Shown here piece by piece: positions 7,485-16,282 of a stretch of DNA of 24,817 bases. The DNA is from Bacteroidia bacterium. Its GTDB lineage: Bacteria > Bacteroidota > Bacteroidia > AKYH767-A > OLB10. Under the pieces are notes generated by a model, which saw nothing but the letters and a program-made list of their open reading frames with translations, was not told where the DNA came from and ran no database searches. Every line of letters starts with the position of its first letter. Positions within the stretch are counted from its first letter, which is position 1. The stretch spans positions 1 to 24,817 of the forward strand of contig JBMTLM010000001.1 of assembly GCA_049431185.1 (NCBI GenBank), given 5' to 3'. Both the position numbers and the translations under genes were made by a program.

Positions 7485-10160
7485 ATGATTCTAAGAAAAT
7501 TAAAAACACTCGTCGTCTTCTTTGTGATGGCATTTCCTCTGATTTATTCAAACACTTCAAGTGCAACACATATTTCAGGAGGGGACTTAACCTACAAAAG
7601 CCTAGGGAACAACTCTTACGAAGTAACATTGGTTTTGTATCGCGACTGCGCGGGAATTCCAGTTCAGAATCCAGAACTGATTAGTTGCGTTTCAGCAAGT
7701 GGTGCAACAACATCGTTCAATGTATATTTGATACCAGGAACAGGAAATGAAATTACTTTCCCCTGTTTTGCTACGCCTACCACTTGCGGTGGTGGATCTA
7801 ATCCTGGTTATCAGAGATATGAATACAAGGGAAATATTATTCTTCCGCCAAGCATAAATTGGAATCTAAGTTGGCAGGATTGTTGTCGTAATTGTGCCAT
7901 CACTACCACGCAGGGTGGATGTAGTAACTCGTTTTTAATCGAAGCCAATCTCAACAATCTGACAGCCCCCAATGACAACTCTCCTGTCTTTACCAACTAC
8001 CCGGTTTCGTTCGTTTGTATAGGTCAAAACTTCACCTATAACCATGGTGTTACAGATGTTGAGGGTGACTCCCTAGCTTATAGTTTTATTGATCCTAGGT
8101 TAGGATCAGGTGTACCGGTATCATTTCAACCGGGATTTTCAGCAACCAATTTCATCAAATCCTCTACTCCCATCCTGCTTGACCCTATTTCTGGTAATAT
8201 AAATTTTACACCTTCAATGTTCCAGATAGGCATTACTGCTATTGAAATCAAATCGTATCGCAATGGCGTGTTAATTGGTTCTGTTATGCGAGATATTCAA
8301 TTCGTTGTTCAGGATTGCACCCCCAATATTCTACCAACGGCTACTGGTATCAATGGCACTAGTGATTTTGATACCTTGGTTTGTGCTGGCACCCCGCTAT
8401 GTTTTGACATATTCACGAATGATGTAAACCCTGGACAGGTACTCACAGTTACTTGGAACAATGGCATACCAGGAGGAACATTCGTAACCAATGGTGCAGC
8501 ATTGCCAACAGCGACATTCTGTTGGACTCCTACTCAGGCGGATGCCCGTCCACAGCCGTACTCTTTTACGATTTTAGTAAAGGACGACAATTGTGCCTAC
8601 AATGCATTTCAGGTTTATTCATATCAAATTTATGTGCCTTTCGTACCGCTGGACTCACTTGTTGTAGAGCCACATTGTGATTCCACGGAATTGGGGGCAA
8701 TTTACTTGACTGAATCTGCGGTTGGCATGCCTTTCCAATGGCAATGGAGTACTGGACAGACCTCCTCCTCGTTGGTTGACCTGGCGCCTGGAACGTACAC
8801 CGTTTCAGTAACCAATGTGATCGGTTGTGAAGCAACCAAAACCTTTACCATAAATCCTGCACCTCCCAGTTTAAACGTGTCATGCCTACTTACTGATTCC
8901 GCAACAAATCTTTCCTCAACTGATGGTGTATTGTTGGCACTTGCTACCGGAGGCACAAGTCCTTACACTTTTAGCTGGTCGAACGGTGTTACTACCGATG
9001 TTAATGCTGGTTTGGCTCCAGGCACCTATACGGTGACAGTTACTGATTTTTGGGGTTGTGTTGATTCAAGTGTTTGCACGGTAGTCACAACTTGCCCAAC
9101 GATTTCGTGTTCAGGAGCAGGCATTAGTTGCTTGAACTTGTGCAATGGTAGAGCCGAGGTTTCTGTAAGTGGAGATCCTGCGGGAATTTCTTTTACATGG
9201 AACACAACACCTCCTAGTTTTGGCCCTTCGGTTTCTAATTTATGCCCAGGAGTTTATACGGTTTACTCCAATAACGACAATAATTGTGTTGATTCATGCA
9301 TGATTGTAATACCTAACACCCCTTGTGATGGTTACGTAACCTATACGCAAGGGGGATATGGATATAAGCCATCAGGTAATAATCCGGCCATGTACGTGAA
9401 GAATAATTTCAATACGGTTTTCCCTAATGGATTGGTGATTGGTTGTAACAATAAAATTACCCTTACAAATTTCAAGGCAGTACATACATTTTTGCCAAGC
9501 AGTGGCACTCCTGCATTATTGCCAGTTGGCAATTGGATCAATCCACCAAGCACGTATAAGAACACCTTAGCGGGTCAACTTGTAGCAGCTAAACTTAATC
9601 TCGGGTTTGATTCTGCCAGTACTTCATTTGCTCCCGCATCGGGAAGTATTGGAGATTTGATAATGGTGTTAGGGCCATTTAATGGTTGGACAGTGAGGGA
9701 AATCATTGAAGAAGCCGATCGTGCAATCGGTGGTTGCGGCTCCAGCTTTTCTCTAACTCAGTTGAATCTGGCGTTGACAAGATTCAATGAAAACTATAAT
9801 GCGGCGTCGGGAATTCCTGTAAATAATTGTTATTTCAGTTGTCCTCTTTCAGGAAGCATTACCCCTCGTTATGTTGCATCCAACAATCCAACTCAAGAAC
9901 TGAATTGGGATTTAATTCCTAACCCCGCAACAGATTTTGTAAATGTGTTGTTAAAAGGTGAAGTTGATGGTCAAGTAACCATACAAATATTTGAGTTAAA
10001 CGGGAAGCTTGTTAAAAAGGCATTTGATGCAGCATTAACGGCTACAAGTGAAAAATCTATTTCTGTTGATGTGTCGGGAATAGAAAGCGGCATGTACTTG
10101 TTGAAATTATCAAGCAGTGATATATCATCCACCAAACGCCTTCTGATAGTTAAACCTTAA
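7485..10160 (+). CDS. Large T9SS type A sorting domain protein with SprB-like repeats (probable surface adhesin)
   Basis: Signal peptide ending NTSSA; N-terminal THISGGDLTY...YRDC motif typical of Bacteroidota secreted proteins; SprB-like repeats (WSTG...LAPGTYTVSVTNVIGC; ATGGTSPYTFSWSNG...LAPGTYTVTVTDFWGC); CTD LIPNPATD...NGKLV...SGMYLLKL...KRLLIVK. Confidence 0.88.
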   Translation: MILRKLKTLVVFFVMAFPLIYSNTSSATHISGGDLTYKSLGNNSYEVTLVLYRDCAGIPVQNPELISCVSASGATTSFNVYLIPGTGNEITFPCFATPTTCGGGSNPGYQRYEYKGNIILPPSINWNLSWQDCCRNCAITTTQGGCSNSFLIEANLNNLTAPNDNSPVFTNYPVSFVCIGQNFTYNHGVTDVEGDSLAYSFIDPRLGSGVPVSFQPGFSATNFIKSSTPILLDPISGNINFTPSMFQIGITAIEIKSYRNGVLIGSVMRDIQFVVQDCTPNILPTATGINGTSDFDTLVCAGTPLCFDIFTNDVNPGQVLTVTWNNGIPGGTFVTNGAALPTATFCWTPTQADARPQPYSFTILVKDDNCAYNAFQVYSYQIYVPFVPLDSLVVEPHCDSTELGAIYLTESAVGMPFQWQWSTGQTSSSLVDLAPGTYTVSVTNVIGCEATKTFTINPAPPSLNVSCLLTDSATNLSSTDGVLLALATGGTSPYTFSWSNGVTTDVNAGLAPGTYTVTVTDFWGCVDSSVCTVVTTCPTISCSGAGISCLNLCNGRAEVSVSGDPAGISFTWNTTPPSFGPSVSNLCPGVYTVYSNNDNNCVDSCMIVIPNTPCDGYVTYTQGGYGYKPSGNNPAMYVKNNFNTVFPNGLVIGCNNKITLTNFKAVHTFLPSSGTPALLPVGNWINPPSTYKNTLAGQLVAAKLNLGFDSASTSFAPASGSIGDLIMVLGPFNGWTVREIIEEADRAIGGCGSSFSLTQLNLALTRFNENYNAASGIPVNNCYFSCPLSGSITPRYVASNNPTQELNWDLIPNPATDFVNVLLKGEVDGQVTIQIFELNGKLVKKAFDAALTATSEKSISVDVSGIESGMYLLKLSSSDISSTKRLLIVKP

Positions 10161-10204
10161 GTTCAGATGGTTTAATATCCAACAACCTTAATTTATAGAA
10201 ATGA

Positions 10205-10246
10205 AACTAAGGGTGGCAATTTTGCCACCCTTAGTTATTTATTTTT
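10205..10246 (+). terminator. Intrinsic terminator after the T9SS cargo gene
   Basis: Perfect 15-bp inverted repeat aactaagggtggcaa / ttgccacccttagtt (10205-10219 and 10222-10236), followed by a T-rich run. Confidence 0.8.
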
Positions 10247-10276
10247 GATAACCACTTTTGTTCTAAAACTATATCG

Positions 10277-10301
10277 ATAGGCGGTTTTTAAAAACGCCTA
10301 T
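10277..10301. terminator. Second hairpin in the convergent gap; possible terminator for the aldo/keto reductase
   Basis: ataggcg-gtttttaaaaa-cgcctat inverted repeat. Confidence 0.45.
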
Positions 10302-10445
10302 ATTGAACAGCTCCATGGTTTTATGCCTGCTAAAGTCGGCATGTTGAAAAATTGATTTGATTGAGAATTTGAGCATCAATTATCAAGTAACACACGATCC
10401 GCAGATTAACGAAATAAAATAATTTAAGGCTGAACACCCTTTATT

Positions 10446-11429
10446 CTAAAAATCCGGCAACACCGGCTTGTTGTCTAGAATGGCATCCAACTCCTCCATC
10501 ACCTCGTCGGTGAGCATGGGAACCACCTCGAAGGCTTGGAGGTTTTCCTGAAGCTGATGCACCTTGGATGCGCCAAGTATTACCGTACTCACGTTTTTAT
10601 TTTTCAAACACCACGCCAAAGAGAGCTTCACCAATGATACACCCAATCCGTCCGCCACTTGCTTGATGCGACGCACTTTTTCGATTTTCTCCTCGCGCAA
10701 AACGCGGTTTTTCAGCCAATCCATGCCTTCGATGCCCAGTCGGGTATCATCCGGGAATCCGTCGAGGTACTTGCCCGACAACAATCCCGAAGCCAATGGC
10801 GACCAGATGGTGGTGCCTAAGCCATGGTGCTGGAACAAGTGCAGGTAGTCGTGCTCCATTTTTTCGCGGCGAAACATGTTGTATTCGGGCTGCTCCATCA
10901 CCGGTCCAATCAAGTGATGCATTTTGGCTACCATCACGGCTTCCATCAATTCGGAGGCACTCCATTCGGAGGTACCCCAATAAAGAATCTTCCCCTGCTG
11001 AATCAAGTTGTGCATCGCCCACACGGTTTCTTCAATTGGCGTGCTTTTGTCGGGTCGATGGCAAAAGAGCAAATCGATATAATCGACTTGCAAGCGCTTC
11101 ATTGCTCCATGGCACCCTTCGACAATATGCTTGCGCGACAATCCCCGCTGGTTGGGCTTGGCATCACCCAATCCGAAAAACACCTTGCTGGAAACCAGGT
11201 AGGAGGAGCGATCCCATTGCAGCTTCTGGAGGATGTTACCCATCACAATCTCCGATTTACCACGGGCGTAGATTTCGGCATTATCAAAAAAATTCACCCC
11301 GGCCTCATAGGCGGTAATCATGAGCTCCTCAGCCGTTTGGTCGCTGATTTGCTTGCCAAAGGTGAGCCATGATCCGAGCGAAAGGGCGCTCACTTGCACT
11401 CCCGCATTCCCCAGTCTTCTGTATTCCAT
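10446..11429 (-). CDS. Aldo/keto reductase (Kv-beta-like subfamily)
   Basis: GSWLTFG, FDNAEIY, SSKVF, GLSRKHI, DYIDLLFCHRPD, YWGTSEW, WSPLASGLLSGKY, VILGAS motifs. Confidence 0.93.
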   Translation of the reverse strand: MEYRRLGNAGVQVSALSLGSWLTFGKQISDQTAEELMITAYEAGVNFFDNAEIYARGKSEIVMGNILQKLQWDRSSYLVSSKVFFGLGDAKPNQRGLSRKHIVEGCHGAMKRLQVDYIDLLFCHRPDKSTPIEETVWAMHNLIQQGKILYWGTSEWSASELMEAVMVAKMHHLIGPVMEQPEYNMFRREKMEHDYLHLFQHHGLGTTIWSPLASGLLSGKYLDGFPDDTRLGIEGMDWLKNRVLREEKIEKVRRIKQVADGLGVSLVKLSLAWCLKNKNVSTVILGASKVHQLQENLQAFEVVPMLTDEVMEELDAILDNKPVLPDF

Positions 11430-11448
11430 ACATCTGTGTTTTAGGTCG

Positions 11449-11456
11449 CAAAGATA
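11449..11456 (-). promoter_or_regulatory. -7 element (TATCTTTG) for the aldo/keto reductase
   Basis: caaagata on the plus strand, 20 nt upstream of the ATG at 11429. Confidence 0.55.
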
Positions 11457-11481
11457 ATCACATCCGCCGTCGCTAAAAAGT

Positions 11482-11489
11482 TATCTTTG
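11482..11489 (+). promoter_or_regulatory. -7 element (TATCTTTG) abutting the lipB start
   Basis: TATCTTTG-CGCT-ATG. Confidence 0.6.
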
Positions 11490-11493
11490 CGCT

Positions 11494-12216
11494 ATGGAAA
11501 CGGTGCTTTTCAAGGACTTGGGACTGGTCGATTACAAACAGACCTGGGACTACCAGGAGTCGCTGTTGGGAGCCATTGTGGCAGCTAAATTGGCAGCCAG
11601 GGATCATTCCGAATCGGCTCCTAACCCTACGCAACACCATCTGCTTTTCTGCGAACATCCTCACGTTTATACATTGGGCAAAAGTGGCAAGGAAGACCAT
11701 CTGTTGCTAGACGAGCAACAATTGAGTCAGAACAACGCCGTTTTCTACAAGATTAATCGGGGCGGCGATATCACCTACCACGGTCCTGGACAAATCGTGG
11801 GATATCCCATTTTGGATCTTGATCGGTTCTTCAACGACATCCATCGTTACCTGCGCTATCTGGAAGAAGCCGTGATACGAACGCTGGCTGATTATGGTAT
11901 ACAGGCATCACGCATTGAAAAGCTTACTGGCGTTTGGGTGGATGCCGATAACCCTGCAACTGCTCGCAAGATTTGTGCCTTCGGGGTACGATGCAGTCGT
12001 TGGGTCACCATGCATGGATTTGCTTTCAATGTCAATGTGAATTTGGATTACTTCAATCACATCATTCCGTGTGGCATTTCAGATAAGGCCGTTACTTCCC
12101 TCAACAAGGAGCTCGGAAGGGAAATGGATATGGAAGAAGTAAAAGACAAGCTCAAAAAACATTTGTCGGATGTTTTCCAGTTCGAGCTCATTACAGACCA
12201 AACACAACACGCATAA
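11494..12216 (+). CDS. lipB: Lipoyl(octanoyl) transferase
   Basis: CEHPHVYTLGKSG, RGGDITYHGPGQIVGYPI, TGVWV, KICAFG, TMHGFAFNVN, IIPCGI. Confidence 0.97.
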   Translation: METVLFKDLGLVDYKQTWDYQESLLGAIVAAKLAARDHSESAPNPTQHHLLFCEHPHVYTLGKSGKEDHLLLDEQQLSQNNAVFYKINRGGDITYHGPGQIVGYPILDLDRFFNDIHRYLRYLEEAVIRTLADYGIQASRIEKLTGVWVDADNPATARKICAFGVRCSRWVTMHGFAFNVNVNLDYFNHIIPCGISDKAVTSLNKELGREMDMEEVKDKLKKHLSDVFQFELITDQTQHA

Positions 12217-12224
12217 TCATTCCC

Positions 12225-13376
12225 ATGCTTAAGCAACGAATCAAGTGGTGGCAAATCCTTATCCTGATAGTAGTGATGGGCAATGCCGTGCTTTACTTTT
12301 CCGGCAAATGGTATTACTACAAGGCCCTTGTTTACAACTACGTTGATATAGATGACCTTGAACTGTTCGCTCATCGTACCATTGAGGAGGGAGCTCCTCA
12401 GACATGGGCCATCGGCAGCGACTATAATCAGGCAGCAGTGTCGGATACCTTACAACGTACCATAGATCGATACAGGACGGTTGCTTTTTTGGTGATCAAG
12501 GATGATTCTATCCGAATGGAACAATATCACGATGGTTACTCGGACTCATCCTTGTCCAACTCTTTTTCCATGGCCAAGAGCGTGATAGGCTTGTTGGTTG
12601 GTGCGGCGTTGGATGAAGGCAAAATCAAAAGCCTCGATCAACCAGTGTATGAGTTTTATCCGGAATACAACCACGGCGACAACCGCATGCTCACCATCCG
12701 GCATCTGTTAACGATGAGTTCAGGTTTGGATTATGATGAATCCTATACCAGCCTGACCAGTCCGACCACCCGCGCTTATTACGATACCAAGTTGCGCCAG
12801 CAGATGAATGACCTGTGCGTTAAGGAGGATCCAGGAAAAAAATTTGAGTATCGAAGTTCCGATACGCAAGTGCTGTCATATGTGTTGAAGGCGGCAACAG
12901 GCAAGACGGTTAGTGAATATGCATCCGAAAAACTTTGGAAACCCATGGGTGCCGAATACGATGCGCAATGGAGCTTGGATCATGAGCAAGGTGATGAAAA
13001 GGCATATTGCTGCATATATTCCAACGCACGCGACTTTGCCCGCATCGGCAAGTTGATGTTGAACGGCGGAAGGTGGAACGGAAAACAACTGATCGCTGAA
13101 ACGTATATCCGCGAGTCATTGACCCCTGCCCCGTTACTCGATGGTGATAAGCCCAATACGGAATATGGTTATCAATGGTGGATCCATGAACAAGAAGGCA
13201 CGAAGGTGTATTATGCGCGTGGCATATTGGGTCAATACATATTTGTGATCCCTTCAGCAAAAATAATCATTGTCCGATTGGGGCATGAAAGAGGGGAGAA
13301 GGATGCATCTGGCACCCCGTTGGACCTTCCTGTTTACATCGGCGAGGTGTTGAAAATGTATGGCAGTAAAAATTAA
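12225..13376 (+). CDS. Membrane-anchored serine hydrolase (beta-lactamase class C / AmpC-like fold)
   Basis: N-terminal TM segment; SMAK (SxxK), LLTMSSGL, YRSSDT, FARIG and ARGILGQ motifs. Confidence 0.88.
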   Translation: MLKQRIKWWQILILIVVMGNAVLYFSGKWYYYKALVYNYVDIDDLELFAHRTIEEGAPQTWAIGSDYNQAAVSDTLQRTIDRYRTVAFLVIKDDSIRMEQYHDGYSDSSLSNSFSMAKSVIGLLVGAALDEGKIKSLDQPVYEFYPEYNHGDNRMLTIRHLLTMSSGLDYDESYTSLTSPTTRAYYDTKLRQQMNDLCVKEDPGKKFEYRSSDTQVLSYVLKAATGKTVSEYASEKLWKPMGAEYDAQWSLDHEQGDEKAYCCIYSNARDFARIGKLMLNGGRWNGKQLIAETYIRESLTPAPLLDGDKPNTEYGYQWWIHEQEGTKVYYARGILGQYIFVIPSAKIIIVRLGHERGEKDASGTPLDLPVYIGEVLKMYGSKN

Positions 13377-13397
13377 ATCGAAAATCGAACATCCAGT

Positions 13398-13814
13398 ATG
13401 CTGAAAGATATTCCTGAAATTAAAGTGGAGGATTTGGCCTTGGCCGTGGTTCCTGATTTGGGTGAGGATGAGGCGCCGCATGAGTTTACCGTTTGGGATG
13501 TGTTTCTCATCAATCTCAAAAAGCAACAGATTCATGGCGTTCTGGTGACCTCCAGGGGATATGGCAGTCACGAAGGACAGGAAGTCAAGACTTCCGTGTT
13601 GCGTCACTTCTTTGATTACATCGACCCCATGAGCGCCGTACGAGTGGAGCCGATCGACCGTCAGGTATTTGGGTTGAATAACGAGTATTGGGTTAGTTTT
13701 TATATCGGGAGCACCATTTACGATAAGAAATATCTGTTCCTACCGGAGACCATCATGGAAGAAAATTTTTCCAATATCCCTGTGATAGACAAGATGGGGG
13801 TGATGATTCGGTAA
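13398..13814 (+). CDS. Conserved hypothetical protein
   Basis: 138 aa, co-oriented in the lipB cluster; motifs LVTSRGYG, TSVLRHF and NEYWVSFY look like a Bacteroidota-conserved family. Confidence 0.75.
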   Translation: MLKDIPEIKVEDLALAVVPDLGEDEAPHEFTVWDVFLINLKKQQIHGVLVTSRGYGSHEGQEVKTSVLRHFFDYIDPMSAVRVEPIDRQVFGLNNEYWVSFYIGSTIYDKKYLFLPETIMEENFSNIPVIDKMGVMIR

Positions 13815-13860
13815 GCCGGTTGAACTGACATGGGTATTTGGTAATCCCGTGGCACCTTTT

Positions 13861-13868
13861 TACATTTG
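13861..13868 (+). promoter_or_regulatory. -7 element (TACATTTG) for the DUF2238 gene
   Basis: Exact match within the over-extended ORF start, supporting the ATG at 13892. Confidence 0.5.
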
Positions 13869-13891
13869 ACCAAACCCTCAATCACATTTCT

Positions 13892-14548
13892 ATGGGATTC
13901 ACCATCGCTATTTCCAACTATCGCACACCATTCGCCAGCAATTGGTGGGTCAAAGGATTTCTTGTTTTTTTCTTGGCGGTCTGGATCAGTACATTCATCG
14001 GCACTACCGATATGGCGAACTGGATGTTGGAGAATGCCTTCACTTTCATTTTTACGATGTTCCTTTTTGTAACATATCGAAAATACCAGTTCAGTGATTT
14101 GTCGTATTTGCTCATTTGTGTTTACATGTGTCTGCATGTGTATGGTTCCAAATACACCTATGCGGAGAATCCGTTCGGCTATTGGCTGATGGAGACCTTT
14201 GACACCTCACGCAATCATTACGATCGAATTGTACATTTTTCGTTTGGCTTTCTGCTGGCTTATCCCATGCGGGAGCTCTTCTTACGCTGGCTGAAGTACC
14301 CACCGAAGGCATCATGGGTGTTACCCATCGAAATCACCATGTCGGTGAGTGCGTTTTATGAGTTGATAGAATGGGCGGTAGCCGATATTTTTTTCAAAGC
14401 CCAGGGCGCTGCTTATTTAGGCACACAAGGAGACGTTTGGGATGCGCAAAAGGATATCTTTCTGGCTTTCTTGGGAGCGATCATAGCCACTACGATCGTG
14501 ACCACTATCAAAAGGACTTTCAAGATCTACGAAGACGACCATCATTAG
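13892..14548 (+). CDS. DUF2238 / YjdF-family membrane protein
   Basis: NWMLEN, LHVYGSKYTY, RNHYDRIVHF, YELIEW, LGTQGDVWDAQKD motifs. Confidence 0.85.
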   Translation: MGFTIAISNYRTPFASNWWVKGFLVFFLAVWISTFIGTTDMANWMLENAFTFIFTMFLFVTYRKYQFSDLSYLLICVYMCLHVYGSKYTYAENPFGYWLMETFDTSRNHYDRIVHFSFGFLLAYPMRELFLRWLKYPPKASWVLPIEITMSVSAFYELIEWAVADIFFKAQGAAYLGTQGDVWDAQKDIFLAFLGAIIATTIVTTIKRTFKIYEDDHH

Positions 14549-14567
14549 GTCAATCAGACAATATGTT

Positions 14568-14969
14568 TCACCCGCGGTCTTGACACAACTCCACCAATAC
14601 GCCATTCGTTCCTTTAGGATGTAAAAAGCAAACCAGTTTGTTATCGGCGCCGGGTTTGGGTTCTGAATTGAGTAAGTTGAACCCTTCCGCCTCCAGCCTT
14701 TTCATCTCTGCTCGGATATCTTTAACGGCGAACGCAATATGGTGAATGCCTTCGCCACGTTTTTCAATGAATTTTGCAATCGGACTATCTGGCGAGGTGG
14801 CTTCCAGCAACTCGATCTTGCTATCACCGGTTTTGAAAAACATGGTCATCACGCCTTCGCTTTCAACACCCTCCGTTTTGTACGGCGCTTGTCCCAGTAA
14901 GCGTGCATAGGTATCTCCCGAGGCTTTCAGGTTTTTAACTGCAATGCCGACATGTTCGATTTTTTCCAT
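14568..14969 (-). CDS. mce: Methylmalonyl-CoA epimerase
   Basis: IEHVGIAV, KIELLE, KFIEKRGEGIHHIAF, FLHPKGTNGVLVELCQ (VOC fold). Confidence 0.95.
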   Translation of the reverse strand: MEKIEHVGIAVKNLKASGDTYARLLGQAPYKTEGVESEGVMTMFFKTGDSKIELLEATSPDSPIAKFIEKRGEGIHHIAFAVKDIRAEMKRLEAEGFNLLNSEPKPGADNKLVCFLHPKGTNGVLVELCQDRG

Positions 14970-15042
14970 GATACCAATTTTGGCCGGGGGGGTCGATTGA
15001 CAATATGTTTTTTAAACGGGGGCTACCCGCCCCTCCCCAATT

Positions 15043-15050
15043 CAAAATTA
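15043..15050 (-). promoter_or_regulatory. -7 element (TAATTTTG) for mce
   Basis: caaaatta on the plus strand, 74 nt upstream of the mce ATG. Confidence 0.4.
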
Positions 15051-15235
15051 ACCATTGGCCATGTTACTTCAAATTTTCGGCTTACAGTTAAACGTTTAAT
15101 TCGGTTCGGATGGGCTGTTTGTCGCTGAATGGTTTATTCAAACTATTACAATAGTCAACGAAAAAATAGGCTAACCGTCTTGTTTTAAACCCTTTGAAAA
15201 AACATGGTGGCAACCCGGTTGATTGCTGTTTGGCG

Positions 15236-15243
15236 TAATTTTG
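15236..15243 (+). promoter_or_regulatory. -7 element (TAATTTTG) for the SbtA-family gene
   Basis: Exact match ending 27 nt before the ATG at 15270. Confidence 0.5.
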
Positions 15244-15269
15244 CAAACAACCAATAAGGTTATCGCTGT

Positions 15270-16232
15270 ATGGATTTCGAAATTCTCCTCTCCAACCTCA
15301 CCAACCCCACCTTGTTGTTTTTCGTGTTGGGGATTTTGGCCACCACCATCAAGAGTGATTTGGAGATCCCTCCCTCATCGAGCAAGTTTATTTCCCTATA
15401 CCTGTTATTTGCCATCGGCTTCAAAGGCGGACAGGAATTGGCTTTGACACCTTTTACAAGTGAGATTTTCTACTCCATAGTATTCGGCATCGCCATTTCC
15501 GCATTGATTCCGCTCTACACCTTTTTCATTCTTAAAAGAAAAATGTCGATGAGCAATGCCGGTGCGGTAGCAGCCACCTACGGATCAGTGAGTGCGGTCA
15601 CGTTTGTATCGGCCGTCTCTTTTTTGGAAACCCATGAATTGGATTTCGGAGGCCACATGGTGGCCATCATGGCCTTGATGGAGTCGCCCGCCATCATCAT
15701 CGGTGTCATCCTCATGATGCGGTATGATGATGAACTTCGAACGTCCGGCAATTTGAAGGAGACCGTTAAACATTCCTTTACCAATGGCAGTGTATTGCTC
15801 ATTCTTGGCAGTTTGATCATCGGGTTGATTGCCGACACCAAACAAGCCGAGGGCATCAAGCCTTTCACCACGGACATCTTCAAAGGTTTTTTAGCTATTT
15901 TCTTATTGGAAATGGGCATGGTTACCGCCAAACGTTTCGGTGCGTTTCGTCAATACGGATGGTTCCTGAGCGCTTTCTCCATTATCATCCCCGCCATAAA
16001 CGGATGCGTGGTGGCATGGGCTAGCGGCCTCGTGACGGATGATGTGGGCAATCGGTTCATGTTCGCCATTTTGGCAGCAAGCGCCTCTTATATTGCGGTG
16101 CCTGCAGCCATGCGCATAGCGGCACCCAAGGCTGACCCGGGACTTTATATCCCGATGGCGTTGGGATTGACATTCCCATTCAATATCACGGTGGGTATGC
16201 CGTTGTATTTCGCCATTGCCAACACGGGATAG
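15270..16232 (+). CDS. sbtA: Sodium-dependent bicarbonate transport family permease (SbtA-like / DUF897)
   Basis: KSDLEIP, YLLFAIGFKGG, AATYGSVSAVTF, MESPAII, FLLEMG, ASASYIAVPAA, LGLTFPFNITVGMPLY motifs; about 10 TM segments. Confidence 0.88.
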   Translation: MDFEILLSNLTNPTLLFFVLGILATTIKSDLEIPPSSSKFISLYLLFAIGFKGGQELALTPFTSEIFYSIVFGIAISALIPLYTFFILKRKMSMSNAGAVAATYGSVSAVTFVSAVSFLETHELDFGGHMVAIMALMESPAIIIGVILMMRYDDELRTSGNLKETVKHSFTNGSVLLILGSLIIGLIADTKQAEGIKPFTTDIFKGFLAIFLLEMGMVTAKRFGAFRQYGWFLSAFSIIIPAINGCVVAWASGLVTDDVGNRFMFAILAASASYIAVPAAMRIAAPKADPGLYIPMALGLTFPFNITVGMPLYFAIANTG

Positions 16233-16282
16233 GTGTTTTACCTTTAAACCCCAGATACATCATTGACACCATTAACCTCAAT

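Noticed and set aside
10564-11372. Several 94-182 aa plus-strand ORFs
   Set aside because: Antisense shadows of the aldo/keto reductase.
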